DNA from: Coleofasciculus sp. B1-GNL1-01
Lineage (GTDB): Bacteria; Cyanobacteriota; Cyanobacteriia; Cyanobacteriales; Coleofasciculaceae
Length of the DNA stretch: 64,000 bases
Assembly (NCBI GenBank): GCA_040220235.1
Contig: JAVJTO010000044.1
Reading direction: 5' to 3' (one strand)
This document shows positions 10,492-19,425 of the stretch, piece by piece; the stretch's first letter is position 1, and the number at the start of each line of letters is the position of its first letter. The notes below the pieces were generated by a model. It was not told the origin of the DNA. It did not search any database and worked only from the letters and a program-made list of their open reading frames with translations. Made by a program: the position numbers and the translations under genes.

Positions 10492-11038
10492 GATGGGATT
10501 AATTATACCAAATAGGGCTTTCTCCACCTTGAAGTTTATGTCCCTCTACTGGCGTGGCACAGCTAACATGGTGGTAGAGATTTTACCATTGAATCGGGCG
10601 CAAGTCTTTGCGCCCCTACAGTTTCGCGGCGTAAGGTTAATTCCTAAAATTCGGTGGTCACGCCACTATTTAGGGATTGCTGAATCAGTTTGGCGGCGGG
10701 AGTAGGGAGCAGGGAATGTTGTAGAGACGTTCCACCGGAACGTCTGGAAGTTGGAAAAGCTGCAGTACATTTTCCCTGCTAGCAGTGTAAGGGGTTTGAT
10801 GAATTTTACCCTCTTTCTTTGAATATGATCCAATGTCAATCCCAACATAATAAATTATAGTTGACTTTTATAAACGTCATCTACCCATAGACATAAATGT
10901 TTTAATGAACTATTAACAATGACTGATTTAGTCTATTTTATTTTTCAAAAAGTAAAGCTTTATAAACCTTTCTAGCCTATCGCCAGAACAGTTAAGAATC
11001 AGCGGTAACATGATACCGTTCAAATTCAAAAATTAATC

Positions 11039-12274
11039 ATGTTCAAGAAACTGACGATCGCGGCGGCGGGAACTGCATTAATGGCGTTTGGTGTCTCAGA
11101 AACAGCACAAGCAGCCAGCTTTAACGTTGACGTATTAGCCAGTGGTTTAAATAGTCCCAGAGGTTTAACGATTGGTTCTGATGGCGCTCTCTATGCGACA
11201 GAAGCTGGTAAAGGGGGTTCAGGTGCCTGTATTCCCTCGCCAAGTCGCCCTGATGTTGACCTGTGTTATGGAGCAACAGGTAGGTTACTCCGCATTCAGG
11301 ATGGAGTCACAGAACCGATTGTGACGGGTTTACCCTCGATCGCATCACCACAGGATGGCACGGAAGCCACAGGTTCCCATGATATTGCCTTTGATGGGAC
11401 GGGACAGGCTTATGTTTTAGTAGGGTTGGGTAGTAATCCAGGGAATCGTGATCAACTCCCGACGTCTGACTTTGCTCAGTTACTGGCGATTAATGACCTG
11501 AATGGAGAACCGTCTTGGACTGCGATCGCGGATTTGGCGGCGTATGAAGCTGTCAATAATCCCGATGATGGAGATCCGGCAACTGGGGGAATTGATACCA
11601 ACCCTTATTCTCTGCTAATTGAAGATAGCACAGCTTACGTAGTTGATGCAGGTGCGAATGCCCTCTTAAGTGTAGGCTTGGATGATGAAGAAATTGCCAC
11701 AGAATCTGTCTTTAGCGATCGCTTTGTGACTAATCCCTTCAGTGGTGCTATGATTCCCATGGAATCGGTTCCCACATCGATTGCCGTTGGTCCAGACGAT
11801 GCCTTTTATATGGGCGAACTGACAGGTTTCCCCTATCCCGAAGGAGGGGCGAGGGTTTTTCGCCTCAATTCAGAGAATCAGCCAGAGGTGTATGCTGAGG
11901 GCTTCACGAATATTATTGATCTGGATTTTGATCCAGAGGGGAATTTATTGGTTCTCGAATACGCCGCTAATTCCATATTGTCTGGAGATCCAACAGGTGC
12001 TTTAATCCAGATTGCCCCTGATGGAACTCGGACAACTCTACTGGATCAGGAATTACGTTTTCCCACTGCCCTAGCCGTAGGTTCTGATAATTTTATTTAT
12101 GTCTCGAATCAGGGCTTTGTTGGTGGACAAGGGGAGATCCTGCGAGTTGATCTGACTGATGAAACTTCAGTTCCCGAATCAACTTCTATTGTGGGATTAT
12201 TTGCGATTGGTGCTTTCGGTGTCGTTGCCCAGTTGCAACGCAAGCAAAAGTCGGCTACTGTGATAAAAAAGTAA
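11039..12274 (+). CDS. ScyD/ScyE-family beta-propeller protein with PEP-CTERM-like sorting tail
   Basis: Signal peptide; GLNSPRGL, MESVPTSIAVGPD and ELTGFPYP motifs; C-terminal VPEST, hydrophobic helix and basic tail. Confidence 0.8.
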   Translation: MFKKLTIAAAGTALMAFGVSETAQAASFNVDVLASGLNSPRGLTIGSDGALYATEAGKGGSGACIPSPSRPDVDLCYGATGRLLRIQDGVTEPIVTGLPSIASPQDGTEATGSHDIAFDGTGQAYVLVGLGSNPGNRDQLPTSDFAQLLAINDLNGEPSWTAIADLAAYEAVNNPDDGDPATGGIDTNPYSLLIEDSTAYVVDAGANALLSVGLDDEEIATESVFSDRFVTNPFSGAMIPMESVPTSIAVGPDDAFYMGELTGFPYPEGGARVFRLNSENQPEVYAEGFTNIIDLDFDPEGNLLVLEYAANSILSGDPTGALIQIAPDGTRTTLLDQELRFPTALAVGSDNFIYVSNQGFVGGQGEILRVDLTDETSVPESTSIVGLFAIGAFGVVAQLQRKQKSATVIKK

Positions 12275-12371
12275 GATGCAAGCGAGATATCGCGTGTAAA
12301 CTTAAGACTTTGTATCACTAACCCTCAAGGTTTAGATCCCCCTAAATCCCCCTTCAAAAGGGGGACTTTGA

Positions 12372-12468
12372 TTACAGCGCTTTTCACGTTTATGGAATAC
12401 AAAATTGTATCGGTTTGCTTTTCAGCGCAATGATCGTCTGTAGTCTACTAACTTGAAAACTGCTGTAA
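12372..12468. repeat. Short MITE-like element (TTACAGC...GCTGTAA ends)
   Basis: Imperfect terminal inverted repeats; related ends occur at 43492-43601 and 53055-53217. Confidence 0.55.
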
Positions 12469-12776
12469 TTTCCGGTTCCCCCGTGCAACAAAAAGCGAAG
12501 CATCCGCCAATTTAACAACAAACAAGGGCGTGAAATTGCTGTTGTGCATAATTTTTCTATTATTCGTAGTTTAGTATTAACTATCTTGCGCTACGATGGA
12601 TATTCATCTATAGCCACTGGAATTCGCCTAATTCATCAGCACTGGGGATTGCTATGATATCGCTTTTTTTCACTCCCTTTATCCCTTGGGTACTTTTGCC
12701 TTCTACCCCTTCTGCCCTCGTGCTGAAGCCTTCTGCCTTGTCCCAACCCAAACAGGGAGAATTACCCAAATTGAAT

Positions 12777-13481
12777 ATGACAGCCAATTCTCAGAACTTA
12801 ATTTCAGTGTTACGTCACGGTTTGATTGTCTCTTGTCAAGCCCCTGTTGACTCACCACTCCATGATCCATTGGTGATTGCGGCGATGGCGCAAGCCTCTG
12901 TGAATCAGGGCGCGGTTGGTGTGCGAATTGATACCCCTGCCCATGTTCAAGCGGTGCGGAAGCAATGTCCGACAACGCCGATTATTGGGTTATGGAAACA
13001 GCAAATACCGGGTTCTGAGGTTTACATTACTCCTCAGTTTAATCATGCCCGTGCGATCGCGTCAGCCGGGGCTGATATTATTGCTATTGATGCTACGTTA
13101 CGACAACGCCCCGGCGGGGAAACCCTCTCTGACTTAATTCCCCGAATTCACGCGGAATTGGGTAAGCCAGTTATGGCGGATATCGATACGATTGAAAGCG
13201 CAACCGCCGCCGTGAACGCTGGGGCTGATGTTGTAGGAACAACCCTATATGGTTACACCGCCTCAACCCAACATCTTCAACCACCGGGATTTGAACTTTT
13301 GTCCCAAATTGTCGAACAGTTAGACGTGCCAACCATCGGTGAAGGGGGGATTGCTTCGCCCCAGATGGCACAACAAGCCCTCCAGTTAGGCGCTGATGCT
13401 GTGGTGGTAGGTACGGCGATTACGGGGATTGATTGGCAGGTTAAGGCTTATCAAAAGGTGATGAGGGATGGTTATGAATGA
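12777..13481 (+). CDS. nanE: N-acetylmannosamine-6-phosphate 2-epimerase
   Basis: GLIVSCQA, PIIGLWK, VYITP, GTTLYGYT, EGGI and VVVGTAIT motifs. Confidence 0.92.
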   Translation: MTANSQNLISVLRHGLIVSCQAPVDSPLHDPLVIAAMAQASVNQGAVGVRIDTPAHVQAVRKQCPTTPIIGLWKQQIPGSEVYITPQFNHARAIASAGADIIAIDATLRQRPGGETLSDLIPRIHAELGKPVMADIDTIESATAAVNAGADVVGTTLYGYTASTQHLQPPGFELLSQIVEQLDVPTIGEGGIASPQMAQQALQLGADAVVVGTAITGIDWQVKAYQKVMRDGYE

Positions 13482-13780
13482 TGAATAATGAATTTGAATT
13501 TCCTATTTTATCGGATTTACGGTAAAATGGGGGATTTTTTTCAGGTATTTCTATTGCCCATGCGATCGCAAAAGTGAAAAAATGTAAATAGAGCGGTAGT
13601 CCGCGACTAGGGGTATTCGAGTTCAGGTGCGAAACAGTCCCAGGTTCAGCGCAGGGTAGTAGCGATTGGCACACAGACTTGCGATCGCTCAACCGGGCGT
13701 TGACCAAGATTGTAAAGAATTGCAACTAATGTGCATAACCTCTAGCCAAGTGGACGTATGAAATAGTGGAGGTGATGGTT

Positions 13781-13867
13781 ATGCTGACATTCTTGATTTT
13801 GATTGCCTACCTTACAGGTTCTGCAATTTTCCTCGATGTGTTGTTTAAAGAAGAGTTAGAACATTAA
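13781..13867 (+). CDS. Putative 28-aa single-pass membrane peptide (below the ORF-track cutoff)
   Basis: SD GGAGGT at 13768-13773, 7 nt before the ATG; MLTFLILIAYLTGSAIFLDVLFKEELEH*. Confidence 0.55.
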   Translation: MLTFLILIAYLTGSAIFLDVLFKEELEH

Positions 13868-13993
13868 GGAGGTAGATGCGGCGACAAATTTTTCCGAATT
13901 AGGCAGTGGGTTGTTCGGGTTTAGTGCAACTTTTCCATTCTAGACTTTGGTTCAGTTATCAAAACGCTTGGTATCTTTCATGACCCATACTAT

Positions 13994-14053
13994 AAGACGG
14001 CGGTGGGGTAGCTTGTCTTTCATTCAAGAAACGGGCTTCCCCGCCGTCTTTTT
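13994..14053 (+). terminator. Long GC-rich hairpin with U tract
   Basis: AAGACGGCGG (13994-14003) pairs with CCGCCGTCTT (14041-14050), followed by TTT. Confidence 0.55.
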
Positions 14054-14110
14054 AGGGTGTGGCGGTTGAACTGAATAAGACAGCGCTTTTGGTAGTAAGT
14101 GAGGTACTCT

Positions 14111-14143
14111 AGATCCCCGACTTCTTAGAGAAGTCGGGGATCT
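14111..14143. repeat. Perfect 15-3-15 palindrome (REP-like)
   Basis: AGATCCCCGACTTCT-TAG-AGAAGTCGGGGATCT. Confidence 0.75.
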
Positions 14144-14153
14144 GGCTTGGATA

Positions 14154-14253
14154 TATAGCACTACGCATTGAGGTTAGGACAATAAAATTGGGTGAAAAGG
14201 CAACAGGCAACAGGCAACAGGGGAATGTCCTAACGTATCCTCGTAGTGCTATA
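14154..14253. mobile_element. 100-bp MITE-like element
   Basis: Ends TATAGCACTACG...GTTAGGACA / TGTCCTAAC...CGTAGTGCTATA, with an internal AGGCAAC x3 heptamer. Confidence 0.65.
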
Positions 14254-15414
14254 CTACCCTTTTATCGTTGGTAAATTGTACAAAAGTTGTTTAAACTGTT
14301 CCTGAAAAGCATCTCGGCTAAATTGAGCCAGACATTGTTCTCGCAACCACTTCCCATCACAGCGCTGATCCTCTCCTTTAAGGATTTCAATACAGGCTGC
14401 TGCTACGGCGTCCGGATCACGGTGGGGGACTCGCCAGCCTAAGCGCCCATCCTGTAAGGGATCAGCCGATCCATCGGCGTCCCCAGCTAATACAGGTTTA
14501 CCACATGCCATGGCTTCTAGATAAACAATACCAAAGCCTTCTTGAGAGGGCATGATATAAGCATCAGCCACGCGGTAATGTTCCACTAAGTCAGTGGTGG
14601 GAACAAACCCAGCAAAAACGACGCGATCGCGAACACCGAGTTCTTGAGTTAGTTGTGCTAATCTAGGCTGGTCATCACCGCGCCCAATGACTAAATAGTT
14701 CACCTCTGGGAAAACCGCCGCGATTTTGGGGAGGGCGCGAATCGTCACATCCACTCCCTTGTAAATATCCCCTGACCACAGACGTGCTACAGTCATTAAT
14801 ACTTTAGCCCCTGCCAAATCATATCGCTGAATTAACCCTGGAGACTTGTCACCCGGAGTAAAGGCATCACCATCCACCATACAGGGTAAAATCTTTATCT
14901 GAGAGGGATTTAAGTCATTCGCCGCACAAGCGCGATCGCGACTGTAGCGACTAATTGTCCAGATTTGAGCCGCCCCAGCTAACGCCTGACGTTGGGAATC
15001 AGGTAATGGCTGCCAAACTTCCTTACCATACGTCAAAACGGTGTAGGGAATACCCAATGGCTGACAAAGAAACTGCATCAGAGGGGCTAAGTTAATATGA
15101 CCACAGAATACATGCTTGGGGCGTTTTTGCCACAAACGAAGCCCCAGCGCTGCGGCTAGCCTGAGACGCCCTAACATTGGGGGTTTGGTTTTCAGGTAAT
15201 GGAATTGTAGACAGGGAACATCAAACGGATTGTCGCAATCTGGGCTATCCCGGAGTAAAAATACCTCAGTCTCTATCTCCGCTTCAGATTGAGCCTGAAT
15301 GGATATATACGCTTGTAATATATTTTTGACGTAGGATTGAATACCGCCTTCAATGGCAAAAATTTCTAGAAAAACAAATACATCATGAGTTGGGGTATTC
15401 TTTAGAGTTGTCAA
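14254..15414 (-). CDS. Glycosyltransferase family 4
   Basis: GGIQ, TVARL, YKGVD and EGFGIVYLEAMACGKPV motifs. Confidence 0.92.
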   Translation of the reverse strand: MTTLKNTPTHDVFVFLEIFAIEGGIQSYVKNILQAYISIQAQSEAEIETEVFLLRDSPDCDNPFDVPCLQFHYLKTKPPMLGRLRLAAALGLRLWQKRPKHVFCGHINLAPLMQFLCQPLGIPYTVLTYGKEVWQPLPDSQRQALAGAAQIWTISRYSRDRACAANDLNPSQIKILPCMVDGDAFTPGDKSPGLIQRYDLAGAKVLMTVARLWSGDIYKGVDVTIRALPKIAAVFPEVNYLVIGRGDDQPRLAQLTQELGVRDRVVFAGFVPTTDLVEHYRVADAYIMPSQEGFGIVYLEAMACGKPVLAGDADGSADPLQDGRLGWRVPHRDPDAVAAACIEILKGEDQRCDGKWLREQCLAQFSRDAFQEQFKQLLYNLPTIKG

Positions 15415-16022
15415 TTGTGTCTGTGTCCCCTACTGACAAGTTCAACTGAAGAAAGCGGAGTGTCCTATCTGTCTCAACGACGGTTCAGGAAAGGAAGAGC
15501 AAGTTCCAAGTGAGGTATATTGCCAAGGGCGCAAGCCTTGCGACCCTACAGTTGGTTGTACCCCATCGGCTTGGAAACCGCTATATGCGGTTTGACACTT
15601 TCTCGATGGCGCACCCCCACAAGAAACTCTACACTTAGAATCATGCCACACTTTAGCTTTTTCTCTCCCATATCACTGGCGCTTCCGAAGTGAAAGTGAT
15701 AAGAAAATCTGATAAATCTAGCTAAAGCACCACGGTGTAATGCTTGTCGGTTGGGTTGACAAAGGAAACCAATCTTATTAGCCTGAGAAGCTGGGTTTTC
15801 CTCAAATCAAGCTAATCGACACACACATTAGTAAAATTTATAACCCTAAGTCAGGTAAATCAATGGCTTTGCGTTATCACCAAGCTGATCGAACAACTAG
15901 CTGAACCAGGAATAGGATTCTTGTTCAATTACGTTAATCCGTGTTTTCACGGATGTACAACCGATGACTATACCGTATGTTAAAAAAATAAACCTTCTAA
16001 CTTTCTCTCAAAGGAGGCAAAA

Positions 16023-17081
16023 ATTACTGTTACAACTACTGTTACAACTAATACAACTAATTTCTGGCGAGATAATAACTTTCGTCTTGAACCTTGGGGG
16101 ACTGACTACGAACCCCCGATTGAGCTGAATCAAGAACTTTCTATCTCGGAAAGCGAAGTTGATCCCACCGTCGAAACAAAAGACTGGACAGCATTTAAAC
16201 CTCGACAACCGCCTGCACTCCCCAATCGGCTCATCTTTATTGATGGGCGTCGCCGTATCGATGCGGCTGTTGTGGGTGGAGAGAGAGACAGCATTTATTA
16301 CGGAGCCTTTGGCACGATCGCAGTTGGTGCTGTAGACGTGTATCGAGCCACAGGTACAGCCACCTATTCAAACTTGACAATTCGCAGGATTGTTGGTTTT
16401 GGTGGCAACCAACAAGCTGAACTGACTCGCATTCCTTGCCCTCTGGGTAGCCAAGCTGAATTAGTCTACGAACCCATTCCGCCTAGTGATGAAAATACGC
16501 CTCAAGTTCGCAAGTCTCTGATCCAGAATGTCATGCTCAAAGCCGAGGATCGACTGGCGGCGGAATTGTTGGCAAAGCAACCGGAAACCTTAATTATTCG
16601 GGATGGGCATTTGCGCTGGTATGGTCAACCGGATACCACACTAGGTTACGTCAAAACGATGCGTAAAACCTACCTATCCGGAGACTGTGCGGCTCTCCTT
16701 TGGACGTTGGCACCCGGAGAGAGAACTCCAATTTTCGCGATTCGAGACAAAAGTGACTTAAGACGACGCTGGAGTTGGTACCTACGCTCTGGCAGCTCCG
16801 ATATCTGCCTGAAGCGCTTGGGTTATCATGAGCTACAAGGACTTGTCCGCTTAGAGTTGTATAGCGAAGCGGTTCCCTTAGACCAGGCAGTAGAAATCGC
16901 TGACCAGAGTACCGACCTAATTCCCCAGTATGCCTCCCATCCTTGCCGCGATCCCCGCGCCCCACAAAATCTGACTCCCGTTGGTGCCTTGGAGCGAGAG
17001 TTGGGACGACGGATGGGTGATAGAGCTGTGATTGAACGGCGTCTGCGAGGTTTCTTTGCCTCTTTAGGAGTAATGTCATGA
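16023..17081 (+). CDS. nurA: NurA-family 5'-3' nuclease (probable ATT start)
   Basis: The frame is open from 15984 and encodes FRLEPWGTDY...LIFIDGRRRID upstream of the track's GTG at 16272; IRDG, GYVKT, ERTP and DPRAPQNLTPVGALERELGRRMG motifs; overlaps herA by ATGA. SD AAGGAGG at 16011-16017 precedes the ATT at 16023. Confidence 0.8.
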   Translation: MTVTTTVTTNTTNFWRDNNFRLEPWGTDYEPPIELNQELSISESEVDPTVETKDWTAFKPRQPPALPNRLIFIDGRRRIDAAVVGGERDSIYYGAFGTIAVGAVDVYRATGTATYSNLTIRRIVGFGGNQQAELTRIPCPLGSQAELVYEPIPPSDENTPQVRKSLIQNVMLKAEDRLAAELLAKQPETLIIRDGHLRWYGQPDTTLGYVKTMRKTYLSGDCAALLWTLAPGERTPIFAIRDKSDLRRRWSWYLRSGSSDICLKRLGYHELQGLVRLELYSEAVPLDQAVEIADQSTDLIPQYASHPCRDPRAPQNLTPVGALERELGRRMGDRAVIERRLRGFFASLGVMS

Positions 17082-18256
17082 CGACAACTATTGGTTTTGT
17101 TCTCGGCACCCTGGAAGCCACTCCTTTGGAGTTTTGGGTTGCCGTTTCACCGGGTCATGTTTTGCGATTAGATGATGTGGTGGAAGTGCAAACGTCTCGT
17201 CCTGATGGTGCAGGAGTGGTTCGCTTTTATGGTGTGGTGGATTACGTCCGCACCATGTATGAAGGAGCGCAATTTGATACTGACACATTCTTGGTTAAAA
17301 GTGGCAGTTTACCAGCAAACATATCCTACGCGGCTCATGTCCAAGTAACCCGGATTGAACCGGAGGACTACTTACCACCTCAGCCTGGAGATCCTGTCGA
17401 TCTAGCTGTGGATGAAAATTTGAAGCGTGCCTTACACTTTGATGGCATGGAAAAACGCATTCCAGCAGGCATGATGCGTAACAGTTTTCCGGCTTACTTG
17501 AACTTTGAATTTATCAATGGCGAGAAGGGCGCTCACATTAATATTTCTGGAGTATCAGGCGTCGCAACCAAAACATCTTATGCGTTGTTTTTGCTGCACT
17601 CCATTTTTAACTCGGCGGCGCTTGGCGCTCAACGAGCCAATACGAAAGCCCTGATTTTCAATGTTAAGGGTGAGGATTTATTTTTCCTGGATAAGTCTAA
17701 TCGCAAACTCCGAGCTGAAGATTACGCCAACTATCAGACATTGGGAGTCCCCGTCGAGCCGTTCAACGATGTCCGCTTCTGTGCCGCTCCCAGGAAAGGT
17801 TCTCACGATGTCGATCCCCATTTAGACCAGCGTTCCGATAATATCTCAGTATACCTGTGGAGTATCCGAGAACTGTGTCGCGATCGATTGTTTAGTTTTC
17901 TCTTTGCTGGAGAAGACTTAGAACGCGGTAATTTGGGCTTTTTAGTGGCGGGTGTTCAGGAAAAACTGGCACGGTTAGCCGAAGATAATGACCGAGCCGA
18001 TAAAAAAGCGAACCGTCAATTGGGTGTACGTTTGGACGTTGAACCTTTTGGCGCTCTCGATAAACAAGAGATTGAAACCTTCAGAGATTTACTGGAGTTT
18101 CTAGAAGACAAACTGGTAGAAAATCCTGATAATAGCTGGTTGGGGCGTAATGCTGCGGCTACGGCTGAGGCATTAATTCGCCGCCTGTGGGGAATTCACA
18201 ACGAAATGGGTCATTTGATTCGGGGAGACTTGCCAAGAGAGCAACTGAGCAAATAA
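17078..18256 (+). CDS. herA: HerA-family ATPase/translocase, C-terminally truncated
   Basis: HAS-barrel-like N-terminus; HINISGVSGVATKTS variant P-loop; IFNVKGEDL. No Walker B or later motifs before the stop at 392 aa. Confidence 0.8.
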   Translation: MTTTIGFVLGTLEATPLEFWVAVSPGHVLRLDDVVEVQTSRPDGAGVVRFYGVVDYVRTMYEGAQFDTDTFLVKSGSLPANISYAAHVQVTRIEPEDYLPPQPGDPVDLAVDENLKRALHFDGMEKRIPAGMMRNSFPAYLNFEFINGEKGAHINISGVSGVATKTSYALFLLHSIFNSAALGAQRANTKALIFNVKGEDLFFLDKSNRKLRAEDYANYQTLGVPVEPFNDVRFCAAPRKGSHDVDPHLDQRSDNISVYLWSIRELCRDRLFSFLFAGEDLERGNLGFLVAGVQEKLARLAEDNDRADKKANRQLGVRLDVEPFGALDKQEIETFRDLLEFLEDKLVENPDNSWLGRNAAATAEALIRRLWGIHNEMGHLIRGDLPREQLSK

Positions 18257-19425
18257 TGCGTCTAATTCATACCTCTGACTGGCATTTAGGACGACGACTT
18301 AAAGGTGTTGATCGCACCCCAGAAATTGAGGCAGCACTCAACGAATTACTGGAATCAGCCAAAACTCTAGACGTTGATGCTGTCTTAGTCGCTGGTGATA
18401 TCTTCGACGTACCTAGTCCCACGGCTGATGCAGAAAAGGTTGCTTATAACTTCTTTTGCCAACTACGAGATGCTAAAATTCCAGCGGTTGTTATTGCTGG
18501 AAATCATGACTCAGCTTTTCGCATTGATGGCGTATCCAGACTCCTTTCTCATGTGGGTGTTCATGCCTTAGGTAGACCCCGAAAAGCCAATCAAGGGGGA
18601 GTTATTCAGCTCGATACATCTAGCGGTAAATTGTCTGTAGCTGCGATGCCTTTTGCCTCAGAACGCAGATTGCTGAAATCTGAAGATTTGTGGGACAAAG
18701 ATGACTTAAAACAACGCCAACATTATAAAGATAGAGTCAAGTATTTACTTAAAAATTTGGCTAGCATTTTTAGAGAGGATAGCGTCAATATCGTGATGGC
18801 ACACCTGACCCTTGATGGTGCGATCAGGGCGTATTCGGAAGTGGACTATTACACACGAGATACCTACAGTCTGGCTGGGCAAACTCTACCATCAGAAGCT
18901 CAATATATTGCCTTGGGACATATTCACAAACCTCAACAGATTTCCAACTCGGCTCCTACCTATTATTCTGGTTCGTTGATTCAAGTAGATTTTGGGGAAG
19001 CTGGAGAAGAAAAGGGCTTTAATTTAGTGACCGTTGAACCCGGAAGACCCGCTAAAGTTGAGTTTAAGCAAATTTCCTGCCAAAAACCGTTAAAGGTTAT
19101 CCGATGTGATGAAACTAACCTAGATGAAACGTTGGAAGCGAATCGAGAACATCCAGGTTTTTTGAAAGTAATTATTGAACTTAATACCCCCAAAATTGGT
19201 TTAGCAGACAGTGTGCGAAAAGTTTGTCCTCAAGCCTTGATTATAGAACCACGCTACCCAGAAGCTAAAGCACAAAAGCGGCATCAGTCCCAAAGCGCTA
19301 ATCAGTTTGACGCGGTTGAAGAGTTCCGCAACTACTGGCGCGATCGCCAAGGAACAACGCCCGATGATTCGGTTTTAAAAGAATTTGAAACGTTATATCA
19401 GGAATTAAGCGATGCGACCCATTAA
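18256..19425 (+). CDS. sbcD: SbcD/Mre11 nuclease
   Basis: HTSDWHLG, AGDIFD, AGNHD, YIALGHIHKPQ and YSGS motifs. The start overlaps the herA stop (TAATG). Confidence 0.93.
   Translation: MRLIHTSDWHLGRRLKGVDRTPEIEAALNELLESAKTLDVDAVLVAGDIFDVPSPTADAEKVAYNFFCQLRDAKIPAVVIAGNHDSAFRIDGVSRLLSHVGVHALGRPRKANQGGVIQLDTSSGKLSVAAMPFASERRLLKSEDLWDKDDLKQRQHYKDRVKYLLKNLASIFREDSVNIVMAHLTLDGAIRAYSEVDYYTRDTYSLAGQTLPSEAQYIALGHIHKPQQISNSAPTYYSGSLIQVDFGEAGEEKGFNLVTVEPGRPAKVEFKQISCQKPLKVIRCDETNLDETLEANREHPGFLKVIIELNTPKIGLADSVRKVCPQALIIEPRYPEAKAQKRHQSQSANQFDAVEEFRNYWRDRQGTTPDDSVLKEFETLYQELSDATH

Noticed and set aside
11039..12274. Scytonemin biosynthesis cluster
   Set aside because: Only a lone ScyD/E-like gene is present, with no scyABC or aromatic-pathway genes in the window.
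13590..13690. Possible tRNA or known ncRNA (contains TTCGAG)
   Set aside because: I could not build a cloverleaf or match a known family.
18187..18255. N-terminal extension of SbcD, or a frameshifted continuation of HerA
   Set aside because: The 23 residues resemble neither protein; the ATG at 18256 gives the canonical MRLIHTSDWH start.
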